Positions 17,773 through 25,694 of a stretch of 32,000 bases of DNA are shown here, piece by piece. This DNA is from Promethearchaeota archaeon. Lineage in GTDB: Archaea; Asgardarchaeota; Odinarchaeia; Odinarchaeales; JBHLKK01. Under the pieces are notes generated by a model. It saw nothing but the letters and a program-made list of their open reading frames with translations. It searched no databases and was not told the origin of the DNA. The translations under genes were made by a program, and so were the position numbers. Each line of letters starts with the position of its first letter. The first letter of the stretch is position 1. The stretch is from contig JBHLPL010000008.1 in NCBI GenBank assembly GCA_048939465.1, forward strand, positions 454 through 32,453, in the 5' to 3' direction.

Positions 17773-18951
17773 ATGGAGTATTTCCGTTATGGCACACCAT
17801 CTTCCACCGGTTTGGCCTTTCGAGATTTACAAGAGATTGTCGAGTCTCTGTTTCAAGTATCGGCATCATATTTAGACCACACGCATTATGGCGTCCCCAC
17901 ATTCATCTTGGAGCAAGATCAAGAAACAGAAGAACCATTTGAAAAGCTTCGAGCAAAACTCGAAGAACACAATTTGATGCCGACCCTCAGGAACGAGAAG
18001 AGAACAATACCCACAATCACTTCAGCAATCGCATCAAAGTCTGAAAACAGACAAAGCGTAACGCTTCTTAGAATAATGCCAAAGATGGAACGTCCTCAAA
18101 GGGATCGCAAGTGGAACCTCATCTTGTTTGGAGCCACTATTATAACTGTGGCCATTACAGGATATTTAATGGCTACAAGCCCCGACTTTCAATATGTATA
18201 CGGGGTGTTGTACCCCCCGGTTGGACCATTGGAGGTAATTATTACATTCACCTTGGCACTGATTGGGATTGTAGGGTTACATGAATTAGGTCATTTGATT
18301 TCTCTCAAGAGACATAAGATCAAATCATCTTTACCTTATTTCATTCCTGGTCTTCCCTTTTGGGGTCTTCCGACGTTTGGAGCCGTAATAGTCCAGCGAA
18401 GTCCTCCCACAAACCGTAAGGAGCTTTACGATATGGGGATAAGCGGTCCCTTACTTGGTTTTGCAGTCTCATTAATAGTAACAATAGTCGGTATAATGGT
18501 TTCTGCAGTGCTCACCCAAACGGATTACAATAACCTTATACAGAACTTCGAACTGGGGAGCATACCAGAACCCCTGATTTTTACACTTCTTACCGCCCTG
18601 CTATTTCCAGGAGGTCATTACATTTACCTTCACCCAATAGGACTTGCCGGCTGGCTTGGGATGCTCATAACAGCACTTAATCTATTCCCAATTGGCCAGC
18701 TTGATGGAGGACATGCAACCAGATCTTTGTTTGGCTCGAACTCTAAATATGTTTCCATAGGCGGTGCAGTAATATTATCAGCACTAGGTTATTTTTTCAT
18801 GGCAATACTTGTGTTGTTTATGGGCGGGATAGATCATCCGGGACCCCTAGATGACGTATCAAAACTGCCACTCGGTCGGAAGATACTCTCGGTTTCAATC
18901 GTAATAATTATTGTACTTTGCACTCCGCCGCTTATACTGAGTTTCTTCTGA
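17773..18951 (+). CDS. Site-2 protease (M50 intramembrane metalloprotease)
   Basis: HELGH, PYFIP..TFGAVI, GISGP, NLFPIGQLDGGH. Confidence 0.93.
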   Translation: MEYFRYGTPSSTGLAFRDLQEIVESLFQVSASYLDHTHYGVPTFILEQDQETEEPFEKLRAKLEEHNLMPTLRNEKRTIPTITSAIASKSENRQSVTLLRIMPKMERPQRDRKWNLILFGATIITVAITGYLMATSPDFQYVYGVLYPPVGPLEVIITFTLALIGIVGLHELGHLISLKRHKIKSSLPYFIPGLPFWGLPTFGAVIVQRSPPTNRKELYDMGISGPLLGFAVSLIVTIVGIMVSAVLTQTDYNNLIQNFELGSIPEPLIFTLLTALLFPGGHYIYLHPIGLAGWLGMLITALNLFPIGQLDGGHATRSLFGSNSKYVSIGGAVILSALGYFFMAILVLFMGGIDHPGPLDDVSKLPLGRKILSVSIVIIIVLCTPPLILSFF

Positions 18952-18962
18952 GGGGAACAGCT

Positions 18963-19652
18963 ATGGAAGAATGGCAGAAGCATCTTATAGAATATCTGGT
19001 AAAGAAAGAAGCGATACTTTTTGGGGATTTCAAACTGAAAAGTGGCAGATACTCTCCTTATTTCTTCAATCTCGCCAACGTCATGCGTGATGGAGAAGGA
19101 ACAATGAAAGCTGCAGAAGCCTACGCAAACGCCATACATTCTTTCATTGGACTGGACACCGTTGATTACATACACGGACCTGCCTACAAGGGAATTCCTC
19201 TTGCAGGAGCAACTGCGGTTGCTTTGTTCCAGAGGCATCACGTGTCTAAGAGGTGGGGGTATGATAGAAAAGAACCCAAAACCTATGGAGCCCACGAGTT
19301 ATGGCTTGTAGGGGACATTCGAGATGGCGATAAGATACTGATAGTTGATGATGTGGCAACTACCGGAAGAACAAAGATAGACGCAATGAATAGGATTATG
19401 GAGACCTCTGAACGTACAAACCTTCAGTTCACAGGGGTTTTGATCATGCTGGATCGAAAGGAAATCAATGAACAAGGGCAATCAACTTCAAGCTATTTGA
19501 AGGAACGAGGGTTAAAACTCTACTCTATCCTTGATGCCCCCATGGTTTTCGATTATATGCATGGTCGTTTGGTTGAGGAAGCAGTCTATGTTGATGAGGA
19601 GAAGTACCGGAATTTCCAAGAGTATTTCAGGAAATTCGGTATAAAAGCCTAG
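18963..19652 (+). CDS. pyrE: Orotate phosphoribosyltransferase
   Basis: FGDFKLKSGR.SPYFFN, GPAYKGIP, DRKE.K.YG, ILIVDDVATTG. ATG at 18963 preferred over the ORF-track start at 18918. Confidence 0.95.
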   Translation: MEEWQKHLIEYLVKKEAILFGDFKLKSGRYSPYFFNLANVMRDGEGTMKAAEAYANAIHSFIGLDTVDYIHGPAYKGIPLAGATAVALFQRHHVSKRWGYDRKEPKTYGAHELWLVGDIRDGDKILIVDDVATTGRTKIDAMNRIMETSERTNLQFTGVLIMLDRKEINEQGQSTSSYLKERGLKLYSILDAPMVFDYMHGRLVEEAVYVDEEKYRNFQEYFRKFGIKA

Positions 19653-19655
19653 TTG

Positions 19656-20306
19656 CTAGGGGCTCTGCTCTGATCTCTCCTCGCTGTGGCCTTCCTCGAT
19701 CTTCTGTTCTTCTTCAGTCCCTTCCTGTTCTTTTTCCTTCCTTGCGCTGAGAACTATGTCAACAATTAGAATTACTAAGACTATAATGATTACGAAGATA
19801 AGAAGTGCTTGTGCACCTCCGACTCCGAAAACCGCTCTCAACCATAGAATGAATAAACCGATGCGAGGAATACTAAACACCGTTTTACCGATGATGTTCG
19901 AATAAGGAATTGGCTCGGGATCTGGAAGCGGATTAGTATCGGGGTTGTCTCCCTTAGTTCGGAAGTACCAGTCGCCGTTTTGCTGGTACTTGTCAATAAC
20001 TCTGTGTACAACAGGAATGCTTGGATCTATTCCCCACAAGCCAGGAGTCACGACGAAAAAGACAATGACTTCATCCACACTGATTTGGTCTGGCTGAACA
20101 TGTCTAACGAAAAGTATATCTCCTTCCCAATATGTAGGATGCATACTGCCTGAAGTAACGACAACAATTGGGGTCGAGGTACCCATGGCTGCTTGAAGCC
20201 CAAAATGGAAGCCATAAACCCCTGCTACAATTACCACGACTATTATTGCATAAGTGGCAACTTCCTTCTTCCAGGACTCTTTTGAACCTTCTGTATTCTT
20301 GGCCAT
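19656..20306 (-). CDS. sec11: Signal peptidase I, archaeal Sec11-type (S26B)
   Basis: VVTSGSMHP..GD, VVHRVI, TKGDN, IIGK; N- and C-terminal TM segments. Confidence 0.92.
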   Translation of the reverse strand: MAKNTEGSKESWKKEVATYAIIVVVIVAGVYGFHFGLQAAMGTSTPIVVVTSGSMHPTYWEGDILFVRHVQPDQISVDEVIVFFVVTPGLWGIDPSIPVVHRVIDKYQQNGDWYFRTKGDNPDTNPLPDPEPIPYSNIIGKTVFSIPRIGLFILWLRAVFGVGGAQALLIFVIIIVLVILIVDIVLSARKEKEQEGTEEEQKIEEGHSEERSEQSP

Positions 20307-20433
20307 TCAATATCCCGGGACCTGTCGATTTTCCACTTCATATGGAATTTCTTTCTTTTAAATTGTCTCCCCAGTGCCACCCCTTTTGTCTTTCAATGGA
20401 ACGTGGCAGCTCCCTTTAAGAAGTATTCTGTTT

Positions 20434-20478
20434 TCTTTTCTCCAAGGAGATCCTATCCGAAAGGGCGGAGTGGTTCAC
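20434..20478 (+). mobile_element. Collapsed mini-element (left-end 5' part, one hairpin, right-end tail), copy M1
   Basis: TCTTTTCTCCAAGGAGATCCTATCCGAAAGGGCGGAGTGGTTCAC aligns to a fusion of the E2 left end and the E2 right end. Confidence 0.7.
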
Positions 20479-20537
20479 CTTCAAATTAGTAATTCGCTGC
20501 TTTTCTGATGATTGATCTTCGTCGGGCCCGTGTGATG

Positions 20538-20990
20538 CTAATGACCAAATTCCTTCATCAGTATTTTGACGTAAGGTGGATAACAGCATCCTTCAAGTAT
20601 TTGCTGGAACCCCTCATAGGTTTCGGCGTTCCCATTTTGAGTCGTTAGTCTTCCTGAGTATATGTTCATGAATTTACGAGAAATATTATCAAGAAGATGG
20701 CTGACAGCCTCTTTCGGTAATTTTGTGGAGCAGATCATGGCAAATGTGATGCCTTGTTTGCTTTTGTGATACACTCTTGCAATTTCGCTGGTTGAGCTCT
20801 CTCCTGATTCAAAAGGAGTTGGGATTTTCAGACTCTGTACAGAATTCTCTAATGTGTTCATGATAGTCAGACTCATCTGGCCCTCAGGCAATGCTGTGTA
20901 TTTTACTAGACAGTTTCCTTCCTTGCTGAATACATATATCGCCTTAATGATTTTTTCATCGGTTTCTTGAAGCCCAGCCATCTTAAACAT
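20538..20990 (-). CDS. Longin-domain protein (eukaryotic signature protein)
   Basis: IKAIYVFSKEGNCLVKY beta hairpin; YHKSKQGITFAMIC strands; helix AVSHLLDNISRKFMNIY; YEGFQQIL helix. Confidence 0.65.
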   Translation of the reverse strand: MFKMAGLQETDEKIIKAIYVFSKEGNCLVKYTALPEGQMSLTIMNTLENSVQSLKIPTPFESGESSTSEIARVYHKSKQGITFAMICSTKLPKEAVSHLLDNISRKFMNIYSGRLTTQNGNAETYEGFQQILEGCCYPPYVKILMKEFGH

Positions 20991-21406
20991 TTCCTTGATT
21001 TTGTAGCCTAGCTACATAATTATACGTCACTATACTATAAAAGCATTTTGCTTGAATTCAATTATTCGCAAGCTCCTTGGTACCTTTGTTGAGATATTCG
21101 CAGATTGTGTGTAGAATTATTGTGATTCTCTTATTTAAACTCTGCTCATTGCGAAGTTTCATGAAAGAGCGTTGCTAATACTCTGACTGCGTACTGAATA
21201 GGTTTCTGAGTCTGAAAATCCCCGATGCAAAAAGATTAATCGAGAACGCCAATTCTTTCTACCTTGTTCAATTTTAGATCAGGAAGAGAAAGAGTGAGTG
21301 CTCCATATGACGTACAAGTATGAAGCTTAATCATCCTTTTTACCAAAAGGTTTATGAAAAAAGGTCTTTATATATTCTATAATGGAACCGGATAGATGTT
21401 AGGAGT

Positions 21407-21703
21407 GTGTTACGGGTGCCAATTCTGAAAGATTCTCAAAAAATCAAGCGATTTATCAAACTTGTTTTTGATATGGCTGGTCAGCAGAAAATTCCGATTT
21501 TGGATGAAAAAACACTGTCTGAAATTAGAATCAGTGGCAGTAACATCTGTTGGGAAGTAAGATTCAGGTATAACGGATCAGATGACGGACCTGTCAAAGC
21601 CTTTCTGATACTTGCGCAATACTTCCACAGTATAATCATAAAGAAGGGAGATGTTTTTTACATACCTCACGGCGCAGAGAGCTATAGATTAGAGTCGGAA
21701 TAA
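21407..21703 (+). CDS. Hypothetical protein (98 aa)
   Basis: GTG start after GGAG and an AT-rich TATA-like tract near 21368; converges on the next gene; no motif recognised. Confidence 0.4.
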   Translation: MLRVPILKDSQKIKRFIKLVFDMAGQQKIPILDEKTLSEIRISGSNICWEVRFRYNGSDDGPVKAFLILAQYFHSIIIKKGDVFYIPHGAESYRLESE

Positions 21704-21730
21704 TCATCAATTACTTTTTCAAGCAATTTT

Positions 21731-22309
21731 CTACGCTCTACCACCACTCATCAGAGTCTTCAGTTTTTTTAGTTCCTTCAACATTTCGGATTTCAATCCA
21801 CCAACGCTCGTCTCTTCCTCTGCTACCGCTGCGACCATTAACTCCCCAGGACTCATGGTTGGTGGGGCTGCAACTGGTGGTGCCACCATGGCTGGTGTTG
21901 TTGGGACTGCTGAGGGCGGGGCTGAAGCAGAGGGTGGAGCAGATGGTGGAGCAGAAGGAGGTCCTGATGGTGGAGCCGACGGGGGAACTGCAGAGGGCTG
22001 TTCCAGAGAAGGAGGTGCAGCAGATGCAGCAGGACTCCCGTGCAACGATGACCAAAGCTCCTGAGGAGACATCATTTCTCCTCTTTTTGCCAGTACTGTG
22101 GTCAACACTGCCGTTGAAGTTGTGGTTTCACTGGCAGGAAGTCTTCCGAGCTCAAGAGTCTCTAGATCTTTCCTTATCCGTTTTAGGCTTTCATTAATAT
22201 CTTTCGAGGCCTGCGTAATCATTGTACTGTACTTGTCGATAGCCTCCATGAAGTAGTCTCGAATGCGAGCTAGGACTTTCACACTTTTTGTGATTCTATC
22301 ATCCAACAA
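21731..22309 (-). CDS. Coiled coil + Pro/Ala/Ser-rich linker + C-terminal amphipathic helix protein
   Basis: N-terminal heptads (aa 1-55), PPSA-type repeats (aa ~99-150), C-terminal GLKSEMLKELKKLKTLM. Confidence 0.7.
   Translation of the reverse strand: MLDDRITKSVKVLARIRDYFMEAIDKYSTMITQASKDINESLKRIRKDLETLELGRLPASETTTSTAVLTTVLAKRGEMMSPQELWSSLHGSPAASAAPPSLEQPSAVPPSAPPSGPPSAPPSAPPSASAPPSAVPTTPAMVAPPVAAPPTMSPGELMVAAVAEEETSVGGLKSEMLKELKKLKTLMSGGRA
21848..22033 (-). repeat. Coding low-complexity repeat (PPSA/PPSG units, ~12 nt period)
   Basis: PPSAPPSGPPSAPPSAPPSASAPPSA with varied codons, so the repeat is at protein level. Confidence 0.8.
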
Positions 22310-22475
22310 TGATTCACTCCATTGTTTCCTAATATTTCTTAATCATTCTATCTTTTTAAATTAACCTATTCTCAAATCGTTCTTTAATTTAACTTACATA
22401 TTCTTAAGTATAGTTATACAACTCGCAATTAATTCCTTCTATCAATAAACCACATCTCTTCATAAAGATTTTTGC

Positions 22476-22522
22476 TTTCTTCTCCGCAAGAAGACCCCGG
22501 CCGAAAGGATGGGGCGGTCCGC
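22476..22522 (+). mobile_element. Collapsed mini-element, copy M2
   Basis: TTTCTTCTCCGCAAGAAGACCCCGGCCGAAAGGATGGGGCGGTCCGC. The tail GGGGCGGTCCGC differs from GGGGTAGTTCAC only by four transitions. Confidence 0.72.
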
Positions 22523-22587
22523 TTCAAAGAATTTCTGTACAATCATTCTTATTAGCTTTAAAAGTATTATGAGGCATCCAAAAGGCA

Positions 22588-22842
22588 TTGCTTGCTCTGG
22601 GAGGCTTACTCTTGGACTCAAATCTTATGCTAATTGGCTTTCTCATCATGATTGTGGGTATAGCAATGGTCATGTTAGGCGCTTTCTCATCCTTTGAAAG
22701 GGGAAGAAACGCTGAGACTGGAGGAGCCATTCTGATCGGCCCTATTCCAATAATATTCGGTGTCGGCAGGAAGTTGTTTTTCATCGCTGTGTTAGGTGCC
22801 CTGGCCCTCGCAATATTGATGGCCGTGTTCTTCCTGATTTAA
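22588..22842 (+). CDS. DUF131 (TIGR00304-like) small membrane protein
   Basis: GGAILIGPIPIIFG signature with flanking TM helices. Confidence 0.8.
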   Translation: MLALGGLLLDSNLMLIGFLIMIVGIAMVMLGAFSSFERGRNAETGGAILIGPIPIIFGVGRKLFFIAVLGALALAILMAVFFLI

Positions 22843-22850
22843 GGGTTCAT

Positions 22851-23071
22851 CTATTGCCCGCAAGAAGACCCCATCCGAAAGGGTGGAGACGAATTGCGAG
22901 GAGCTCAAATACTTGTTTTTACGACAAGCTTGCGGAATTGAGCCGAGCTAGCACTCACCAGTTTGCAGAGACAGAGTTCTAGGGCAGGAACTGCCCGTAG
23001 ACCCTCCCAGACATATCCCGCTGGGAGCGGATGAAATAGGAAGCTCCTCATGAAGGCCAAGAGTAGTTCAC
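22851..23071 (+). mobile_element. Non-autonomous IS200/IS605-like element, class A, copy E5 (decayed TATA and right hairpin)
   Basis: Follows TTCAT. Left hairpin CCCCATCC-GAAA-GGGTGGAG, CTCAAATA in place of the TATA, GGGCAGGAACTGCCC, ends GAGTAGTTCAC. Confidence 0.82.
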
Positions 23072-23254
23072 GATGACAAGACACAATCTCGCCTCTGAAA
23101 TGTAGGAACGCAAATGTTAAATAAGAGCCAAGAATTCTGATTTGCAGGTTAATCCCCCCTTAAAGATTAAATCGTTGCTAAAGAGGACCTGAGAGAATAT
23201 CCAGATTTGATACTGAGAACGTGAGAACATGAAAATCCGCTCAGGGAATTCAAT

Positions 23255-23797
23255 ATGTCACACATAACCTATAAACTGGCTTTAAGTGGAATATTGGGAG
23301 CATTAGGAATTATCCTACGATCTTTCTACCTAGAGATTATTGCAAATGTTCAGTTGACTCCTGGAATGATACCTCCTGCTCTAGCTGGAATGTTGATGGG
23401 ACTAAGAGGCGGACTCATGACCGGATTGATTGTCGGAGTATATGGAGCACTGATATCCGGAGAGTTTCCTTTGATTCCATTGGTCGGAAATGTGCTTCTA
23501 GGGGTAGGACCTGGGCTGATATGTGAGATCGTTGATGACAAGAGAACCCTCCTGAAAAGCGTACTGTATATTGTACTAACAGGAGTCGTCGGCGGATTTA
23601 TACCGACTTTCATTCTTATTCTCGCTCTTGGGCCACCGGCAATTGCTGCCTTTTCCGCACTGTTCGATCTGGCCAATGCAACGATAGCCGGAGTTATGGG
23701 GGTACTCATCTGGCTCTTACTGAGGAATTGGAGCTACGGTTATTCTTTGTTTAGAAAAGAACCGAAAAGCGAGTCTAACAAGGCTGATGAAATCTAG
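23255..23797 (+). CDS. ECF transporter substrate-specific (S) component
   Basis: KLALSGILGALGIIL first helix, P.ALAGMLMG..GG..TG, about 6 TM, 180 aa. Confidence 0.7.
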   Translation: MSHITYKLALSGILGALGIILRSFYLEIIANVQLTPGMIPPALAGMLMGLRGGLMTGLIVGVYGALISGEFPLIPLVGNVLLGVGPGLICEIVDDKRTLLKSVLYIVLTGVVGGFIPTFILILALGPPAIAAFSALFDLANATIAGVMGVLIWLLLRNWSYGYSLFRKEPKSESNKADEI

Positions 23798-23873
23798 ATT
23801 CTCAATGATGGGGGTAGAATCCGACAAGATATATATCATCGAAGTGATAATCTTCCTTGGGGGTTGATTCAGT

Positions 23874-24656
23874 ATGAGAGTTGCTCCAATAGGATTGGCT
23901 TCTTCCGGAAAAACGACCTTCATCGCCACATTGTTAATGCTAATTGAGAAAGATCCTTCGCGTACCCTAAATATAGAATACCCAGAAGATATTCCTAAGC
24001 TGAAGTACGTACGGGACATAATAAAAACCAGAATAAGTGGCGTTGGTCAAAGCTCCACCAATCCAAAAACGATGCACGAACTTCCCATTGTCGTAAACCA
24101 CAAGAAGAAACGTCTTTTTGATATGACCTTGTGGGATTACAGCGGAAGCGCTTTGAACCGTTTCTACGAAGGGAAGCACCTAGGTCTAATCGAAGATGAG
24201 TTCAAGAAAATGTTGAGATCTGCCGAAGCTTTCATATTCATGACGCCAAGTTCTGCAACTGAAGATCAAATATACGAATACGATCTGATATACTCACATA
24301 TTCTGCAACAAGCCAAGCGAAATAGGATTGGTGTATTCCTTATCACAAAGTGGGATGAGCAAGAGAATAGGCTGGATGAACAGGAAGAAATCACAAATCT
24401 AAAAGATACCTATCTGACAACGAGTCTCTTGGCTTCTATTGAGAGGAGCTGCAAGCGAGCTATCATATGCAATTGCTCCGCGGCTGGAAAGACTTACTTC
24501 GAAGAACATGTGGAAATTACTGAATATCTGGATACCTCTGTTGAGCCATGGGGAGTGGTTGAACCAATCCTCTGGATTCATAATCCCGACTGGCTGGAAG
24601 GTAGGGAGAGGCTGTGGCAACCTTCAGCGAAATATAGACAAGAAATCATTCTGTAA
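23874..24656 (+). CDS. TRAFAC-class small GTPase-like protein
   Basis: G1 GLASSGKT, G2 STN.KT, G3 DYSG, G4 ITKWD, G5 NCSA. Confidence 0.7.
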   Translation: MRVAPIGLASSGKTTFIATLLMLIEKDPSRTLNIEYPEDIPKLKYVRDIIKTRISGVGQSSTNPKTMHELPIVVNHKKKRLFDMTLWDYSGSALNRFYEGKHLGLIEDEFKKMLRSAEAFIFMTPSSATEDQIYEYDLIYSHILQQAKRNRIGVFLITKWDEQENRLDEQEEITNLKDTYLTTSLLASIERSCKRAIICNCSAAGKTYFEEHVEITEYLDTSVEPWGVVEPILWIHNPDWLEGRERLWQPSAKYRQEIIL

Positions 24657-24823
24657 AGGGCTTTTGGTCTGCAAAGTGTAGCCCTTAGAATGTAATAGCC
24701 CATTCCCTCCTGTTGACTGGAGGTTCTGACCGTATTTCTCATCGGATCCTGCCTTGGATCGTCCAGACAGAGTTTTTATATCTTTGTTTAGATATGGCAA
24801 GTTGATAATTGCAGGTGGAGAGA

Positions 24824-25558
24824 ATGGATCTAAAGGATAAAGTCGCTCTGGTTACAGGTGGAAGTGGAGGTATTGGCAGAGCAGCTTGCCTTGCGCTTTC
24901 GAGAGAAGGAAGTCATATCGCTGTCAACTTCAACGAACATAGAAAGCGAGCGGAAGAAGTTGTTGAGGAAATTCAAAGCGCTGAAGGCAGGGCAATATGT
25001 GTTAAGGCAGATGTCTCCAAGAACACGGAAGTCAATCAAATGACGAAAGTCATCATGGAAGAGTTTGGGCACATTGATGTCCTAATTAACAACGCAGGAG
25101 TATTAATTAATCAGCCATCTATTTTGGACATTTCCGATGCTGACTGGAACCGAACGATAGATGTTAACCTCAAAGGCACCTTCAACTGTTCAAAAAGCGT
25201 TGTTCCTCACATGATTAAACAGAGAAGTGGAAGAATAGTCAACGTTTCGTCGATTGCTGGAAAAATGGGTGGGACTGTCGGGGTACACTACTCGGCATCA
25301 AAAGCAGGTGTTATCGGGCTCACAATGGCGCTGGCAAGAGAACTTGCACCCTATTCTATTACAGTCAATGCTGTGGCTCCAGGTGTTGTGGACACTGAAT
25401 TACTGCCGTTGGGTTTCAAAAAGCGTGCAAAGGCTTCCATTCCGCTGGGTCGAATTGCGTCACCCGAAGATGTGGCAGACGCGATTCTCTTCCTAATACG
25501 GAACGGGTATATAACGGGAGAAGTAGTAAATGTGAATGGCGGCCGATACATGGATTAA
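24824..25558 (+). CDS. fabG: Short-chain dehydrogenase/reductase, FabG-like
   Basis: TGGSGGIG, NNAG, YSASK, NAVAPG, G.ITGE...VNGG. ATG 24824 preferred. Confidence 0.9.
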   Translation: MDLKDKVALVTGGSGGIGRAACLALSREGSHIAVNFNEHRKRAEEVVEEIQSAEGRAICVKADVSKNTEVNQMTKVIMEEFGHIDVLINNAGVLINQPSILDISDADWNRTIDVNLKGTFNCSKSVVPHMIKQRSGRIVNVSSIAGKMGGTVGVHYSASKAGVIGLTMALARELAPYSITVNAVAPGVVDTELLPLGFKKRAKASIPLGRIASPEDVADAILFLIRNGYITGEVVNVNGGRYMD

Positions 25559-25627
25559 GCAAAGAAGGGACCATCATTTATCGAGTCACCCAAAAAATAA
25601 TATTTGAGTGTTAACGATTATTCTTAA

Positions 25628-25666
25628 GAAGACACCTTGTCGAAAGCTGAAGGCTAGGGTGTCTTC
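25628..25666. promoter_or_regulatory. 9-bp perfect inverted repeat just upstream of the AMP-salvage operon TATA-like box
   Basis: GAAGACACC (25628-25636) / GGTGTCTTC (25658-25666), followed by TTTAAAA at 25669-25675. Confidence 0.45.
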
Positions 25667-25694
25667 AGTTTAAAAGACTAATGAGGGTGGTTTT

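Noticed and set aside
20991-21406. About 400 bp intergenic region as a hidden gene or ncRNA
   Set aside because: Only short open frames and TATA-like tracts for the divergent genes; no repeat or stable structure recognised.
2180-23071. Repeats as a CRISPR array
   Set aside because: Copies are kilobases apart, diverged, 45-350 bp long, and there are no cas genes or regular spacers.
23070-23140. C/D-box sRNA (ACGATGA..CTGA..CTGA) after E5
   Set aside because: The C box is imperfect and partly formed by the element end, and guide spacings of about 18 and 29 nt are too long for archaeal sRNAs.
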